A stretch of 64,000 bases of DNA from Halobacteria archaeon (GCA_036733165.1 DAINBB010000003.1:7546-71545), one strand, 5' to 3'; numbered from the stretch's first letter, positions 19,471-29,392 are shown. Notes: generated from the sequence alone by a model not told the origin. Made by a program: numbers and translations.

Positions 19471-20265
19471 TCACCCGATGGCGTTGATTATGTAATCTGT
19501 GATCTCCTTCATCTTGTAAATGTCCAGGTCCTTTCCCCTGACATTCCTGTAAGGCACATCTTCCGCAACCACCCTCATTTCTTCCTTGTCTTTGTTAAAA
19601 CTTTCTCTGGAATCTATCAGGGCGTTCCTGACGATCTTTTTCTTGTGCGTCATCAGGCTCGTCACCACGGTCGAGTATGCCTCATCCACAGTGAACTTCC
19701 TGTTCGGCACTATCCTCACGATCATGGAATTGACCTTTGGCCTTGGGAAGAATGCCTTTGGCGGAACCTTCATCACAGGCGTCGTGTCACATAGCGCCTG
19801 GCTCATCATGGTCAATCTGGAGGGATTCTCGCTTGAATAGAGCTTCTCTGCAAACTCCTTCTGCAACATGAGCACAAGATATTCGTATTCTAGGCCCAAC
19901 AGCTTGAAGAGCAGGGGTGAGGAGATGGAATATGGCACCGAGGATATGCACACATCGAATCTTGGGACCTCCATCTCCAACACATCGGCGTATATTATCT
20001 CGACATTGTCCCAGTCGTGTTCCTGTGTCAGCACCCTTACCATGTTGGGGTCCTTTTCTATCGCAATGACGTTTTCCGCGTTCTTTGCCAACTCTTCGGT
20101 AAGTGTGCCAAGCCCCGGTCCGACCTCCAGGACGGTACCCTTTGCATAGGATGCCATCTTTTGGATAACCTGTCCGGAAACCAGGAAGTTCTGGGAGTAA
20201 TAGCTCTTTGCCCGCAGGCCGTACCTGGATAGAAGGGACCGTGGATCGATCGTCATCGGATACAC
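19471..20265 (-). CDS. ksgA: 16S rRNA (adenine1518/1519-N6)-dimethyltransferase KsgA/Dim1
   Basis: QNFLVSGQVIQKM, SAM motif VLEVGPGLGTLT, 264 aa. Confidence 0.85.
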   Translation of the reverse strand: MYPMTIDPRSLLSRYGLRAKSYYSQNFLVSGQVIQKMASYAKGTVLEVGPGLGTLTEELAKNAENVIAIEKDPNMVRVLTQEHDWDNVEIIYADVLEMEVPRFDVCISSVPYSISSPLLFKLLGLEYEYLVLMLQKEFAEKLYSSENPSRLTMMSQALCDTTPVMKVPPKAFFPRPKVNSMIVRIVPNRKFTVDEAYSTVVTSLMTHKKKIVRNALIDSRESFNKDKEEMRVVAEDVPYRNVRGKDLDIYKMKEITDYIINAIG

Positions 20266-20288
20266 TATCGGAGACAGGGATTAAAGGT

Positions 20289-20861
20289 TTATCTGAAGAT
20301 GGGATTGACGAATATCTTGTATCTGTCCTCGTTGTTTAATTCAGATATGATCCTTTTGACCACCATGTTGAGCGGATCAGGTATCGATGATATCCTTTCC
20401 TGAATGTCCTTGAAGGAGTCAAAGCTTCTCTTTTCCCTCTCCCCAAGTATCTCTTTCATGAGTTTCTTTCCGACACCAGGCAATAGCTCTAGTTGGTGGT
20501 ATCTTATCGAGAGCGGTTGGGACGTGTTGAAGAACTTGACGAACCTCGTATCATCCTCCATGACGATACTCTTCAGGATGTCCTCTATCTCTGACTTTGC
20601 GTATGATGTGAGGTCATCATACAATATCCTTCTCTTTACATGGGATATCTTGGTCCTGTCGCCCTTACCGATGAAGACCCTCTCATGGGATGAGAGCTCG
20701 GACTTGGGGACGACTTCCAAGAGTGAGAAGAAGTTCACGCCTATTATCTGTGCCAGAGGCACCCTCTTGTAGGACGGGGTGCTGTCCCCTATATGTCCTG
20801 TTGGCAGGTAATCCAGCACTACCGCTTCGGTTTCATACCTTTTTTGTACCATTTTTCTCAC
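20289..20861 (-). CDS. DUF655-family archaeal RNA-binding protein
   Basis: N-terminal EAVVLDYLPTGH motif and conserved position between rpoF and ksgA. Confidence 0.6.
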   Translation of the reverse strand: MRKMVQKRYETEAVVLDYLPTGHIGDSTPSYKRVPLAQIIGVNFFSLLEVVPKSELSSHERVFIGKGDRTKISHVKRRILYDDLTSYAKSEIEDILKSIVMEDDTRFVKFFNTSQPLSIRYHQLELLPGVGKKLMKEILGEREKRSFDSFKDIQERISSIPDPLNMVVKRIISELNNEDRYKIFVNPIFR

Positions 20862-20873
20862 CTCAAGAGATTC

Positions 20874-21212
20874 TTACCTATAGTTGTCAACTATCTCCAG
20901 AATCTTGTTCACTTCGTCATCGGTGAGGATAATTCGTTCCTTAGAAAAGATTAGGTTTAGGTCTTCCTTATCTGTAGGCATTATGTCTATTATCTTTACT
21001 ATGTTGTCTTCCTTGATCCTGGGCACTCCCTCTTCCAGCCTGTTGAGCATCTCCAGTCCTTGCTCCTCTGTGATCTTTGTGAACTTATGGATTATGTCCA
21101 AGGCTATCCTTTGCTCATATAGAGGCTCGGCTATGCTTTCCCTGGCCTCTAGTATGGCCCTGGCCTCTGACTGAGTCACATTTCGCTCATTGATCAACTT
21201 TTTTCCTATCAT
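20874..21212 (-). CDS. rpoF: DNA-directed RNA polymerase subunit F (Rpo4)
   Basis: 112 aa; conserved position next to L21e; Rpb4-like helical pattern. Confidence 0.65.
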   Translation of the reverse strand: MIGKKLINERNVTQSEARAILEARESIAEPLYEQRIALDIIHKFTKITEEQGLEMLNRLEEGVPRIKEDNIVKIIDIMPTDKEDLNLIFSKERIILTDDEVNKILEIVDNYR

Positions 21213-21216
21213 TATC

Positions 21217-21513
21217 TCACATTGCTTGGAGTTTGAGATGTTCGGGCCTGGATATGACTATCTTCCTTGCGTCCCCTTCCCTTATTTCCAGAAGATAGCT
21301 CCTACCCCTTCTTTCAAGGACTGTGCCTGTCTTTCCCTGGAATCTTGGATGTGGCATGCCTTTGTGGACTGAAGGTTCTATGGCGATGTGCACCTTCTGG
21401 CCTTGTTCGAATGTGGCAAGGGATCTGGTAATTGGGAACATGCCCTTCTTTCTGCTCTTCTTTGAAAGCTTGTTTCTCGTGCTTCTCCTGAATCCTTTGG
21501 ATTTTAGAGTCAT
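21217..21513 (-). CDS. rpl21e: 50S ribosomal protein L21e
   Basis: HKGMPHPRFQGKTGTV motif typical of L21e; 98 aa. Confidence 0.85.
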   Translation of the reverse strand: MTLKSKGFRRSTRNKLSKKSRKKGMFPITRSLATFEQGQKVHIAIEPSVHKGMPHPRFQGKTGTVLERRGRSYLLEIREGDARKIVISRPEHLKLQAM

Positions 21514-21517
21514 TGTC

Positions 21518-22603
21518 TCACCTGGAATGATCGTAATGTATCTTCATTACATCTAGCTTTAAACAAGTCAGTTCCATATTTAAAAGACTTGCGGCGCTAG
21601 GTGTGGTACGACCTTCATCACCAGAGATTAGTTCCTTAATATAAAGGCCACCATCACAATAAATCTCTAGTTCTGTAGTTTTATTGTTTTTTCCTATTAC
21701 TTTATAAACCTTTCTCTTTCTTATTTTATCGCTTCTTCGATGGGAAACCCTGATCGGGGTCCTTTGTTCAATTTCTGTTGTTAATTCATTTTCTATTATG
21801 GAAATATCATTATTTGTAATCTTTTTGTCCAAATGGGCCACGTATGTCTTTTTAAATTTGCCGTTCTTAAGGTGTTCGATCAATGATTTCTCACAATTTT
21901 CTAGGCCAGATACCTTGACCCTTTCGTCCTCGTTGACGAGCGCCTCCATCTCCGCCAGGTCCAGTTCCCTCGCCTTTGGATTGATTATCTCGATGACGAA
22001 TGGCCTGCCATCGCCGAGCATCCTGACATCTATGTCCTCCCTGCCGGCCCCATGGAACCTTGATTCCCTCCCCCTGGTGGCTTCCAGGAGGGGGGCGGCG
22101 ATTATTTCCTCCACAGAAGTCGGATACATCTTGCCCGTGAAGTCGCATCTCTTGCATCCCCTTCCCCTACAGGACTTGCAATGCCATTTTGTCTGCGGTA
22201 TCTCCCTTGAGAGCTTGCGGTATCTGCCGAACAATGTCAGTGACCTTATCTTGTAGAACACCCTGCCCTTCGCGAAGTTGATCTCGAATGTGACATCAGG
22301 ATTCTCAAGATCCACCGTTTTTCCCAGTCTTTTTGAAAGTACGTCCCTCAACTCCCGATTGAACTCTGTCTTGTAGCTTCTGACGTTTGATAGGCAAAGT
22401 TCCCTAACAAGTCCCGCCTCTCTCTCGGACGCGGAGGGGGGGAGCACTATGCCAACGTTGAATGATTCATACTCGAAGTCGGGAGATATGGAATCTATGA
22501 GGTCGGTCCTGTCAAGTACATTTTGACATATTTGGCATTCTCCTTCCTCGGAATCCTCTATTCCCAATCTTTTCGCACATCGGTCGCAAAGGATGGGCCT
22601 CAT
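21518..22603 (-). CDS. pus10: tRNA pseudouridine(54/55) synthase Pus10
   Basis: N-terminal zinc ribbon (CDRC…CQIC), internal CKSCRGRGCKRC, catalytic-region motif GAGREDIDVRMLG. Confidence 0.75.
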   Translation of the reverse strand: MRPILCDRCAKRLGIEDSEEGECQICQNVLDRTDLIDSISPDFEYESFNVGIVLPPSASEREAGLVRELCLSNVRSYKTEFNRELRDVLSKRLGKTVDLENPDVTFEINFAKGRVFYKIRSLTLFGRYRKLSREIPQTKWHCKSCRGRGCKRCDFTGKMYPTSVEEIIAAPLLEATRGRESRFHGAGREDIDVRMLGDGRPFVIEIINPKARELDLAEMEALVNEDERVKVSGLENCEKSLIEHLKNGKFKKTYVAHLDKKITNNDISIIENELTTEIEQRTPIRVSHRRSDKIRKRKVYKVIGKNNKTTELEIYCDGGLYIKELISGDEGRTTPSAASLLNMELTCLKLDVMKIHYDHSR

Positions 22604-22680
22604 AATATTGGAGTGAAAGATGATGTTTAAAAAGTTTTCAATTTGTCAATGGCAAGTCTTATATATGGCATCTTTGAGGT

Positions 22681-24060
22681 ATGCTGATGCAGGAGGAACA
22701 GGCGAGGAACCATCGTTATAGATTGTTGGACTCGAATCCGAAGAAGGGTATCATATCCTTGGCGATGCCAATGATCATCGCCTTTCTCTTCCAGAGCGGT
22801 TTCAATATCGTTGACACCATATTCGTGGGAAGGCTTGGGTACAGCGCCATCGCCGGCGTGAGCCTTGCGTTCCCCTTCCAGATGTTCATAATATCCATCT
22901 CTGCCGGACTTGGGATTGGGGCACAGTCCCTCATAGCGAGATCGATAGGCCGATCAAGGAAAGAGGATGCTGACAGGGCCGCAGGTCATGTAATAGTTCT
23001 GGCATTGATTTTCGGAGCGATAACCACATCGATAGGGCTCTTGATCTCACCCGCTCTTGTTTCCTCGCTTGATGCGTCGGAGGATGTGGTAGATAACTGC
23101 CTTTTATATCTTACACCCATACTTGCCGGTTCGGTCTTCATATACCTGAACATGGTCATGAATTCTGTATTTCGTGGAGAGGGCGACACTAAGCGCCCAA
23201 TGTACTTCATGGCCATCAGTGCCGTGATGAACATAGTGCTCGATCCCATCTTCATATTCTATCTGGACTATGGGGTGAGCGGAGCTGCCTATGCAACAGT
23301 ATTGTCGAGGATCACCGCGATATTGATCATCCTTTACTACATATTGATCAAGAAGAGCACATATGTCAGTTTCGTTAAGGATTCATTCAAGCTGAAGATC
23401 GGGACGATAAAGAACATAATCGATGTTGGTCTCCCAGCCTCGCTGGCCCAGACCGCCATGTCCCTTTCGTTGTTCTTCCTCAATGATATAGTTTCCCCAT
23501 TCGGCGACGAGGCATTGGCGGCATTCGGCGTGGGATTCAGGGTGGAGTCCTTGGTATTTCTTCCCATGATAGGATTTTCGAACGCCTTTATCTCCGCTGT
23601 CGGTTACTTCAAGGGTTCTGGCCAACCTCATAAAATCAAGACCATCCACACATATACTATCAAATTGCTGATAATGTTCATGGTCTTTTGTAGCATCCTG
23701 TTCTATACCATGCCGGACATCATATACGCCATATTCACAAATGAAGCCAACGTCATATCGATAGGGGAGGGATATCTGAGGATATTGGCGCTGTTCTATC
23801 CCATCATGCCATTCTCTCTCATGTCGGCCGCAGGGTTCCAAGGCATCGGAAAAGGGTATCCGTCGCTCGTGCTGGCCTTGGTCAGGTCGGGATGTGTATC
23901 GGTCCCAATGGCATATTACTTCACCGTCGTGGCGGGCGGTTCCATAAGGTACATATGGCTTGCCATAGCCATGGGTGACCTCTTCTCCGCGGTGTTTGGA
24001 CACATATGGTTCAAGATTGAGCAGAGAAAATTAGAAAATATGGCAACGAAAAATATTTAA
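22681..24060 (+). CDS. MATE-family multidrug/oligosaccharidyl-lipid efflux transporter
   Basis: 459 aa, 12 TM helices, two-fold repeat, N-terminal KKGIISLAMPMIIAFLFQSGFNIVDTIFVGRLG typical of MATE. Confidence 0.8.
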   Translation: MLMQEEQARNHRYRLLDSNPKKGIISLAMPMIIAFLFQSGFNIVDTIFVGRLGYSAIAGVSLAFPFQMFIISISAGLGIGAQSLIARSIGRSRKEDADRAAGHVIVLALIFGAITTSIGLLISPALVSSLDASEDVVDNCLLYLTPILAGSVFIYLNMVMNSVFRGEGDTKRPMYFMAISAVMNIVLDPIFIFYLDYGVSGAAYATVLSRITAILIILYYILIKKSTYVSFVKDSFKLKIGTIKNIIDVGLPASLAQTAMSLSLFFLNDIVSPFGDEALAAFGVGFRVESLVFLPMIGFSNAFISAVGYFKGSGQPHKIKTIHTYTIKLLIMFMVFCSILFYTMPDIIYAIFTNEANVISIGEGYLRILALFYPIMPFSLMSAAGFQGIGKGYPSLVLALVRSGCVSVPMAYYFTVVAGGSIRYIWLAIAMGDLFSAVFGHIWFKIEQRKLENMATKNI

Positions 24061-24091
24061 ACACATTTTGCCAATCGCCTTTATCAATTGT

Positions 24092-24166
24092 GCTCCGATA
24101 GTGTAGTCCGGTCAATCATCCAGCCCTCTCGAGGCTGAGACCCGGGTTCGAATCCCGGTCGGAGCA
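24092..24166 (+). tRNA. tRNA-Glu (anticodon CUC), no encoded CCA
   Basis: Cloverleaf by eye: acceptor GCUCCGA/UCGGAGC, anticodon stem CAGCC/GGCUG with loop CU-CUC-GA, T-arm CCGGGTTCGAATCCCGG. Close to the archaeal tRNA-Glu consensus. Confidence 0.85.
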
Positions 24167-24174
24167 CTCACATT

Positions 24175-24360
24175 CTACGATAAGCGTTTCTCTTTTTCCC
24201 TGTGATTGACCCACAATACTGTCAGGACAATTATAATTATGACCGCGAACAGCATCGTCACGTCACCGTCGTCCAGTCTTTCAGTCGCTCTGCCATACAG
24301 TATTATTGCAACAATACCTAAAAAGAAAGCTCCCATTGCCCGAATGTATTTGTTTTGCAT
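24175..24360 (-). CDS. Small two-TM membrane protein (hypothetical)
   Basis: 61-aa ORF with two hydrophobic helices; no homolog recognised. Confidence 0.3.
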   Translation of the reverse strand: MQNKYIRAMGAFFLGIVAIILYGRATERLDDGDVTMLFAVIIIIVLTVLWVNHREKEKRLS

Positions 24361-24408
24361 AGGGTAAAAACATCCTGAGGATATAAAAAATAATCTGTCA
24401 GAGTGTCA

Positions 24409-25158
24409 TCAGCTATCGTTCCTTTCCCTTACAAGCGCGCTTAGCGCCCTCAGTGTGGAAAATCCCTTTTCCGTGATCATGTAGTCTCCACGGTCATGCC
24501 TTTGCATTATCATCCCGGAACATTGAAGCTTCTGAAGGTGGAAAAGTAGGTTCCCTCCGTTAAGGTCCGTCATCCTTGAGATCTCCGAGAATGTCATTGT
24601 CCGCTTTGACAAGGCAAGCATTATCTGCATTCTCCTGTCATTTGCGATAGGTTCAAGGTATTCGTCAACTATGCCTTCAAGGTCGCCTATTGAAACGTCT
24701 AGGTCTTCCTGGCCCGCACCACTATATACGTCCAGTGAGCTAATGAGCCTCAAGTGCCTGTCGAAGATGTTCGACAGCTCTGTGGCACAGGTCTCACATT
24801 TGTCATAGGGCGCCTTGTCCTTTATCTCCATGATCAGGTCCTTTTTTATATCAGAGACCATGTCTTCGTTTTCTGCGTTGTCTATGATATCGATGTTTCT
24901 TTCGATAAGGTCCCTGAAATAATCGATGCACTTCGTCCTGTTGGGACATTCATTATCGATGTATCTGTTGAGGGACTCGTCGGAATTCTTCATGAGACTG
25001 TCGAGCATCCTCTCGCGCATCATGTCCCATGTGGCCTTCAGGACAACTTCGTAGTGTTTCTTATCGGTGGATTCCATATATCTTCTCAGTTCTTCCTGAA
25101 GACAATCCATCTTCTTGTCCATCTTTTCAAGCTTGTCATGGATTTCACCTTCGTTCAT
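24409..25158 (-). CDS. ArsR/SmtB-type wHTH transcriptional regulator with an N-terminal coiled-coil and Cys4 (CPNRTKC…CETC) region
   Basis: C-terminal RRMQIMLALSKRTMTFSEISRMTDLNGGNLLFHLQKLQCSGMIMQ is an ArsR-like HTH. Start set at M17 (ATG 25156-25158) with GGGTGA upstream. Confidence 0.6.
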   Translation of the reverse strand: MNEGEIHDKLEKMDKKMDCLQEELRRYMESTDKKHYEVVLKATWDMMRERMLDSLMKNSDESLNRYIDNECPNRTKCIDYFRDLIERNIDIIDNAENEDMVSDIKKDLIMEIKDKAPYDKCETCATELSNIFDRHLRLISSLDVYSGAGQEDLDVSIGDLEGIVDEYLEPIANDRRMQIMLALSKRTMTFSEISRMTDLNGGNLLFHLQKLQCSGMIMQRHDRGDYMITEKGFSTLRALSALVRERNDS

Positions 25159-25250
25159 TTGATTCACCCAGGTCTCAAAAATGTAGTTGGTATATTTTAA
25201 TAACAAAAAAATATATAAATATAACTGAATCTAATCATATCGGTGATACA

Positions 25251-25631
25251 ATGACCAAACTTACCAAGGAAGTAATCGATCTGCTCAATAAGGAACACCT
25301 TGTCTATGCCGCCACATCCTCAAAGGATGGTGTACCCAACGTGTCTCCGAAAGGCAGCATCACCGTGATCGACGAGGAAAAGCTTATTTTCGCTGAGATC
25401 GCATCCCCCCACACGATTGAGAACCTCAAGGCCAACCCCAAGATTTCCATGTACGTTCTGGACAGGGAATCGAACAAAGGATGCCAGATAAAGGGCACAT
25501 GCGTCTTGATGGATTCGGGCCCCATATTTGATAATGTGGCAAAGAAATTGAAGGAAATGATGCCCCAGCTTCCACCCACCAACTATGCGGTAATGGTGAA
25601 TGTTGAGGAGCTGTTCCCCTACAATCTATAA
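25251..25631 (+). CDS. Pyridoxamine 5'-phosphate oxidase-like FMN-binding split-barrel protein
   Basis: 126 aa from ATG 25251; VYAATSSKDGVPNVSPKGS pattern of the PNPOx-like family. Divergent from the ArsR gene. Confidence 0.6.
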   Translation: MTKLTKEVIDLLNKEHLVYAATSSKDGVPNVSPKGSITVIDEEKLIFAEIASPHTIENLKANPKISMYVLDRESNKGCQIKGTCVLMDSGPIFDNVAKKLKEMMPQLPPTNYAVMVNVEELFPYNL

Positions 25632-25634
25632 TTT

Positions 25635-26549
25635 TCACTCTCTTTTATTTTTTATCAGATACTCTGCTATTCCATATCCTTTCTTTCCATCATAGGTGTA
25701 TTCGGCAAGCGTTTCGTGCATTACGGACAATGTTTTCTTATCCTCGCTCATGAACGGCAGTTTGATGTTCTTGATGACCTTCGCGTCCACACTTCTTACT
25801 CTTCCCTCTGCGTCGGTCAGTTCCATCGTGAAGCTCTCCGGCGCACCATCGTCACCGAAGACGGTATCTATATTTGCGCCGATGATGGGGTGGTCTGTCC
25901 CATCTACATGGAAGAATCCAGCATCGACCTCCCCCTCGTCCACGATCAGTTTTGTGACGTTTAGGGCAAGCTTCTCTGAGAACTGCCCCGTCAACCATAT
26001 CCACATCCTGGGGGCGTTCCAGTCCCTGACCCCCCAACTGTGGTCCCTTTCCCCAAGACCATCGATCTCAAGGGTCTTTTCAAGCATCTCTATCTTCCCT
26101 GTGACCCTGCCAAACTGTTCGTAATGCTCAGACGCCACGGACCGGGACATCATTTCCTTGGGTCCGGTAACACATTTCCTGTAATCGAACATGTCGTTGA
26201 GGGCATTGAACTCTAGGTCGAGCTTCACGTCAATATATTCCAGAGTCTTGCACGAGACGACCTTCATGTCCCCTTCGTATGTCATCTTCCATCTCTTCTC
26301 TGCCTCAAGCTTCTCGTATTTCAATCCGTTTGTTTCCATCCCGTTGTGGTATATGTGCCCGTAGGCCCTCTTCCCTGCGACGATATGCGGGGTCGAGATG
26401 TAGCAGAACATGTTCTTCTCCTTTTTGTTGGGTCTCAACCCCATTCTCATGAATGCATAGGAATCATTGTCCTTATCATAAAAACTAAAATAGAAGCTCT
26501 CGTTCCATTCAGGTTCGCTGTTCGGTTCATGCAAAACATCTGTGTCCAT
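25635..26549 (-). CDS. Hypothetical protein (304 aa), translationally coupled downstream of the PEP-utilizing enzyme
   Basis: Start at MDTDVLHEPN (ATG 26547-26549) with GGAGTGA 8 nt upstream and only 4 nt after the upstream stop. No motif recognised. Confidence 0.5.
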   Translation of the reverse strand: MDTDVLHEPNSEPEWNESFYFSFYDKDNDSYAFMRMGLRPNKKEKNMFCYISTPHIVAGKRAYGHIYHNGMETNGLKYEKLEAEKRWKMTYEGDMKVVSCKTLEYIDVKLDLEFNALNDMFDYRKCVTGPKEMMSRSVASEHYEQFGRVTGKIEMLEKTLEIDGLGERDHSWGVRDWNAPRMWIWLTGQFSEKLALNVTKLIVDEGEVDAGFFHVDGTDHPIIGANIDTVFGDDGAPESFTMELTDAEGRVRSVDAKVIKNIKLPFMSEDKKTLSVMHETLAEYTYDGKKGYGIAEYLIKNKRE

Positions 26550-26553
26550 ATTA

Positions 26554-29187
26554 TCACTCCTCAAGATAAATAACTCCTTCATTACCGTCCAATGTGATCT
26601 TCTGCCCGTTCTTAAAAAAAGATGTTGCGTTCTTGACCGCGGTGACCGCCGGTATGCCATATTCCCTTGAGACCACGGCGCCATGTGAGAGTATTCCTCC
26701 CGTCTCCGTTATCAATCCGCCAAGTTTGGCGAAGATGGGCGTCCATCCCGGGTCCGTGTTCGAAGTGACCAGAATCTCGTCATCGTTGACAGATGGCAAC
26801 TGTTCGATGGATTCCACCACCCTTGCATATCCTGTGACTATGCCCGGGCTCGCCGATGTCCCTATGATCTTCACGACATCCTTGTCGTACATCACGGTGT
26901 CGTCGAACTCTGTCCTCCCCTTGAGGAACTTTGGTGGGAGCTTGTACCTGTTCTTCTCGAACTCCCCCCGTCTGGACTTTATGTGTCGTAGGGCGGCCCT
27001 GCTGCCACCGGCCGCGATTGAGAAGACCTCCTCCCTGGACAGAAAGAAAACGTCTTCAATAGAGTCTGTCAGTCCTTCTTCATGGAAGCGCCTGCCATAC
27101 TCGAGAAAGAGCCTTCTGGTCCTACAGAGGATGTGGTCGAGATAGAACCTCTGATTCTCCCTGAATATCAGGTATGTCTGAGCATATCTCAAAACGACAT
27201 TGAAGATTCTCTTCCTGAAGAAACCCATCGGCATCTTGCCAATCCTTTCGTCTATAAGTTTCTGGACCTCCAGTCTCTCCATTACATTTTTCTGCTCGAT
27301 CTCCTCAAAATCAATAGGTTGGGATCCAACAAGGGACCTGAGTATATCTATCACGAGACCTTGGTCCTCTGACCACCTTGGGAAGAGGATCTCCCTGGTA
27401 TGTGACCTATGGCCATATTCATCGATAAATCCCTGATAGTGCAGATATTGTGGTCTTCCCCTAAGTGTCTCGAGAAACTCTTCTTCTCCGCCATCTATCA
27501 AGGCCTTCGTCAAATCTTCGTCTTTCCTTATCATATCGGCAAGCCTGGCAATGGCCATGTTGGTCAATATCGTCTTGTTGTCTGGCAGGCCTGATATCAA
27601 CTTGGAGTACAGTTCGCCTGTTGAGTCGTCCAACCAATCCACCAACCATCTCTTGACCATAAGGTTGGTGCCTATGCTGTGGGTGACCATTCCGTACCTT
27701 ATCAGCCTGAAGTGCTTTAAGAATGCGCACTCCATGTAGTCGTACTGTGCCTTGAGCTCCTCGAAAGATAGCTTGCCGAGGTCCGTCCTGTCGTATGCCT
27801 CCATGGCGGCAAGAAAGTTCTCCGTCCATTCCCTGTATGCCTTGTCGGTCTTCATCATGCTTCCGTCAGGGTCTTTTAGCATGATCCTGATCTCTGCCCA
27901 GAGCCTTCTGAGGGTCTTCGTCTTGGCATTTGCGATCCTGTCCTGGTCCTTTATCGGAAAATAGTTGAGAAGTTCCTTTGTCCTTGAGAACCTTGGATTG
28001 AACGTGAACACTTCCTCAAGTACCTTTGAGTTGAAGTAGATGTGCCCCTTATGGAGCTTTAGTAGCTTAAGGTCCGTCAGTTCCTTGTATCCCATTATCT
28101 CGGAACCCTCATCGTTCACATACCTTGTGAGATAATGCCCAAGAAATGAAAAGAACAGCGGGGAAGTGGCATCGGCCCAGTATTCATCACCGTATGCCCT
28201 TGTCCACAATATATCCCCTCCGTCCCCGAGCGTTGTGATGGGGCGGGACTGAAGCAGCAGTATGGAACCATCCTCTATAGACCATTCTATGTCCTGCGGG
28301 CCGTCGAAATGATCCTCTATCCTCCTTCCAAAATCCAATAGTTCCATTATCTGCTCTTCCGATAGCGAGGATGACTCTTGTCTTCCTCGATCTATCGTTA
28401 CCGCTTCGTTTCCTGAATCGGAGAGGAATATGCCCCTTTCTTTCCTGTTGATCTTTTTCTCAACAATACTGCGACTTTCAAGGTCTATTACAAACCTGTC
28501 AGGGGTTACCAATCCAGATACTATCGACTCTCCCAGGCCCCAACTGGATTCGATGATGGCCCTTTTGCCGTTCTTGTCAACAGGGTCCCTGGTGAACATT
28601 ACGCCCGAGACATCGGAGTCCACCATCCTTTGGACGATGACTGCGACACCCCCCTCCGTGTGGGAAATGCCTGCGTAATGCCTGTACGACATGGCCCTCT
28701 CGTTCCAATATGATGCCCAACATCTCTTGATCGCACCCAGGACCGACTTGTCATCGACATTGAGAAATGTGTCCTGTTGTCCGGCAAAAGATGCTTCCGG
28801 AAGGTCCTCTGCGACAGCAGATGATCTTATGGCCCAAACTGTTCCGTCTGCAGATTCCCGTATCAGGCCCTCTATCTCATCTACGATACCTTTCCCGATG
28901 GCCGGAGCGGTGATCATCTCCCGTATGGCGTCCGAGCACATCTTTAGGGCGTTCTTGTCGTTCAGGTCGGCGTCCTGAAGCAAATCTGCTATTTTGCCGT
29001 CCAGGCCGTTTGACCCTATGAAGTCCAGGTACGCGTCCACTGTAACGACAAAGCCCCTGGGCACGGGGAATCCCCCTTCCAACAGCCTTATGAGATTGGC
29101 AGCCTTGCCCCCTACCTTGTTCAGGTCGCCCGATCTTGTTGTGTCAAGAGGTATACAATTGCTGTACATTCCATCACTTGCCAGCAT
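26554..29187 (-). CDS. PEP-utilizing enzyme with PPDK_N ATP-grasp N-terminal domain and C-terminal phosphohistidine swivel domain. It lacks the PEP/pyruvate-binding TIM-barrel domain, giving a rifampin-phosphotransferase-like architecture.
   Basis: N-terminus GGKAANLIRLLEGGFPVPRGFVVT (PPDK_N). Extreme C-terminus TSNTDPGWTPIFAKLGGLITETGGILSHGAVVSREYGIPAV (mobile His domain). 877 aa. Confidence 0.75.
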   Translation of the reverse strand: MLASDGMYSNCIPLDTTRSGDLNKVGGKAANLIRLLEGGFPVPRGFVVTVDAYLDFIGSNGLDGKIADLLQDADLNDKNALKMCSDAIREMITAPAIGKGIVDEIEGLIRESADGTVWAIRSSAVAEDLPEASFAGQQDTFLNVDDKSVLGAIKRCWASYWNERAMSYRHYAGISHTEGGVAVIVQRMVDSDVSGVMFTRDPVDKNGKRAIIESSWGLGESIVSGLVTPDRFVIDLESRSIVEKKINRKERGIFLSDSGNEAVTIDRGRQESSSLSEEQIMELLDFGRRIEDHFDGPQDIEWSIEDGSILLLQSRPITTLGDGGDILWTRAYGDEYWADATSPLFFSFLGHYLTRYVNDEGSEIMGYKELTDLKLLKLHKGHIYFNSKVLEEVFTFNPRFSRTKELLNYFPIKDQDRIANAKTKTLRRLWAEIRIMLKDPDGSMMKTDKAYREWTENFLAAMEAYDRTDLGKLSFEELKAQYDYMECAFLKHFRLIRYGMVTHSIGTNLMVKRWLVDWLDDSTGELYSKLISGLPDNKTILTNMAIARLADMIRKDEDLTKALIDGGEEEFLETLRGRPQYLHYQGFIDEYGHRSHTREILFPRWSEDQGLVIDILRSLVGSQPIDFEEIEQKNVMERLEVQKLIDERIGKMPMGFFRKRIFNVVLRYAQTYLIFRENQRFYLDHILCRTRRLFLEYGRRFHEEGLTDSIEDVFFLSREEVFSIAAGGSRAALRHIKSRRGEFEKNRYKLPPKFLKGRTEFDDTVMYDKDVVKIIGTSASPGIVTGYARVVESIEQLPSVNDDEILVTSNTDPGWTPIFAKLGGLITETGGILSHGAVVSREYGIPAVTAVKNATSFFKNGQKITLDGNEGVIYLEE

Positions 29188-29392
29188 TGATAGTAGATTA
29201 TCATTAAAATACGTTTTTCCATTTTTAAATGGTACCTAATAGGAAAAGTGAGGGGGTGGAAGGTGTCGAAGGTGGGAGGTTCCACATCCATTCCGTCGGC
29301 ATCGTGAATGAGGACGCCATACATTACCTGGTCGACAGGCGTTTTTGCATGATGGCGGAACAGATGGGGAAATATTCATTGGACCGAAAGGG

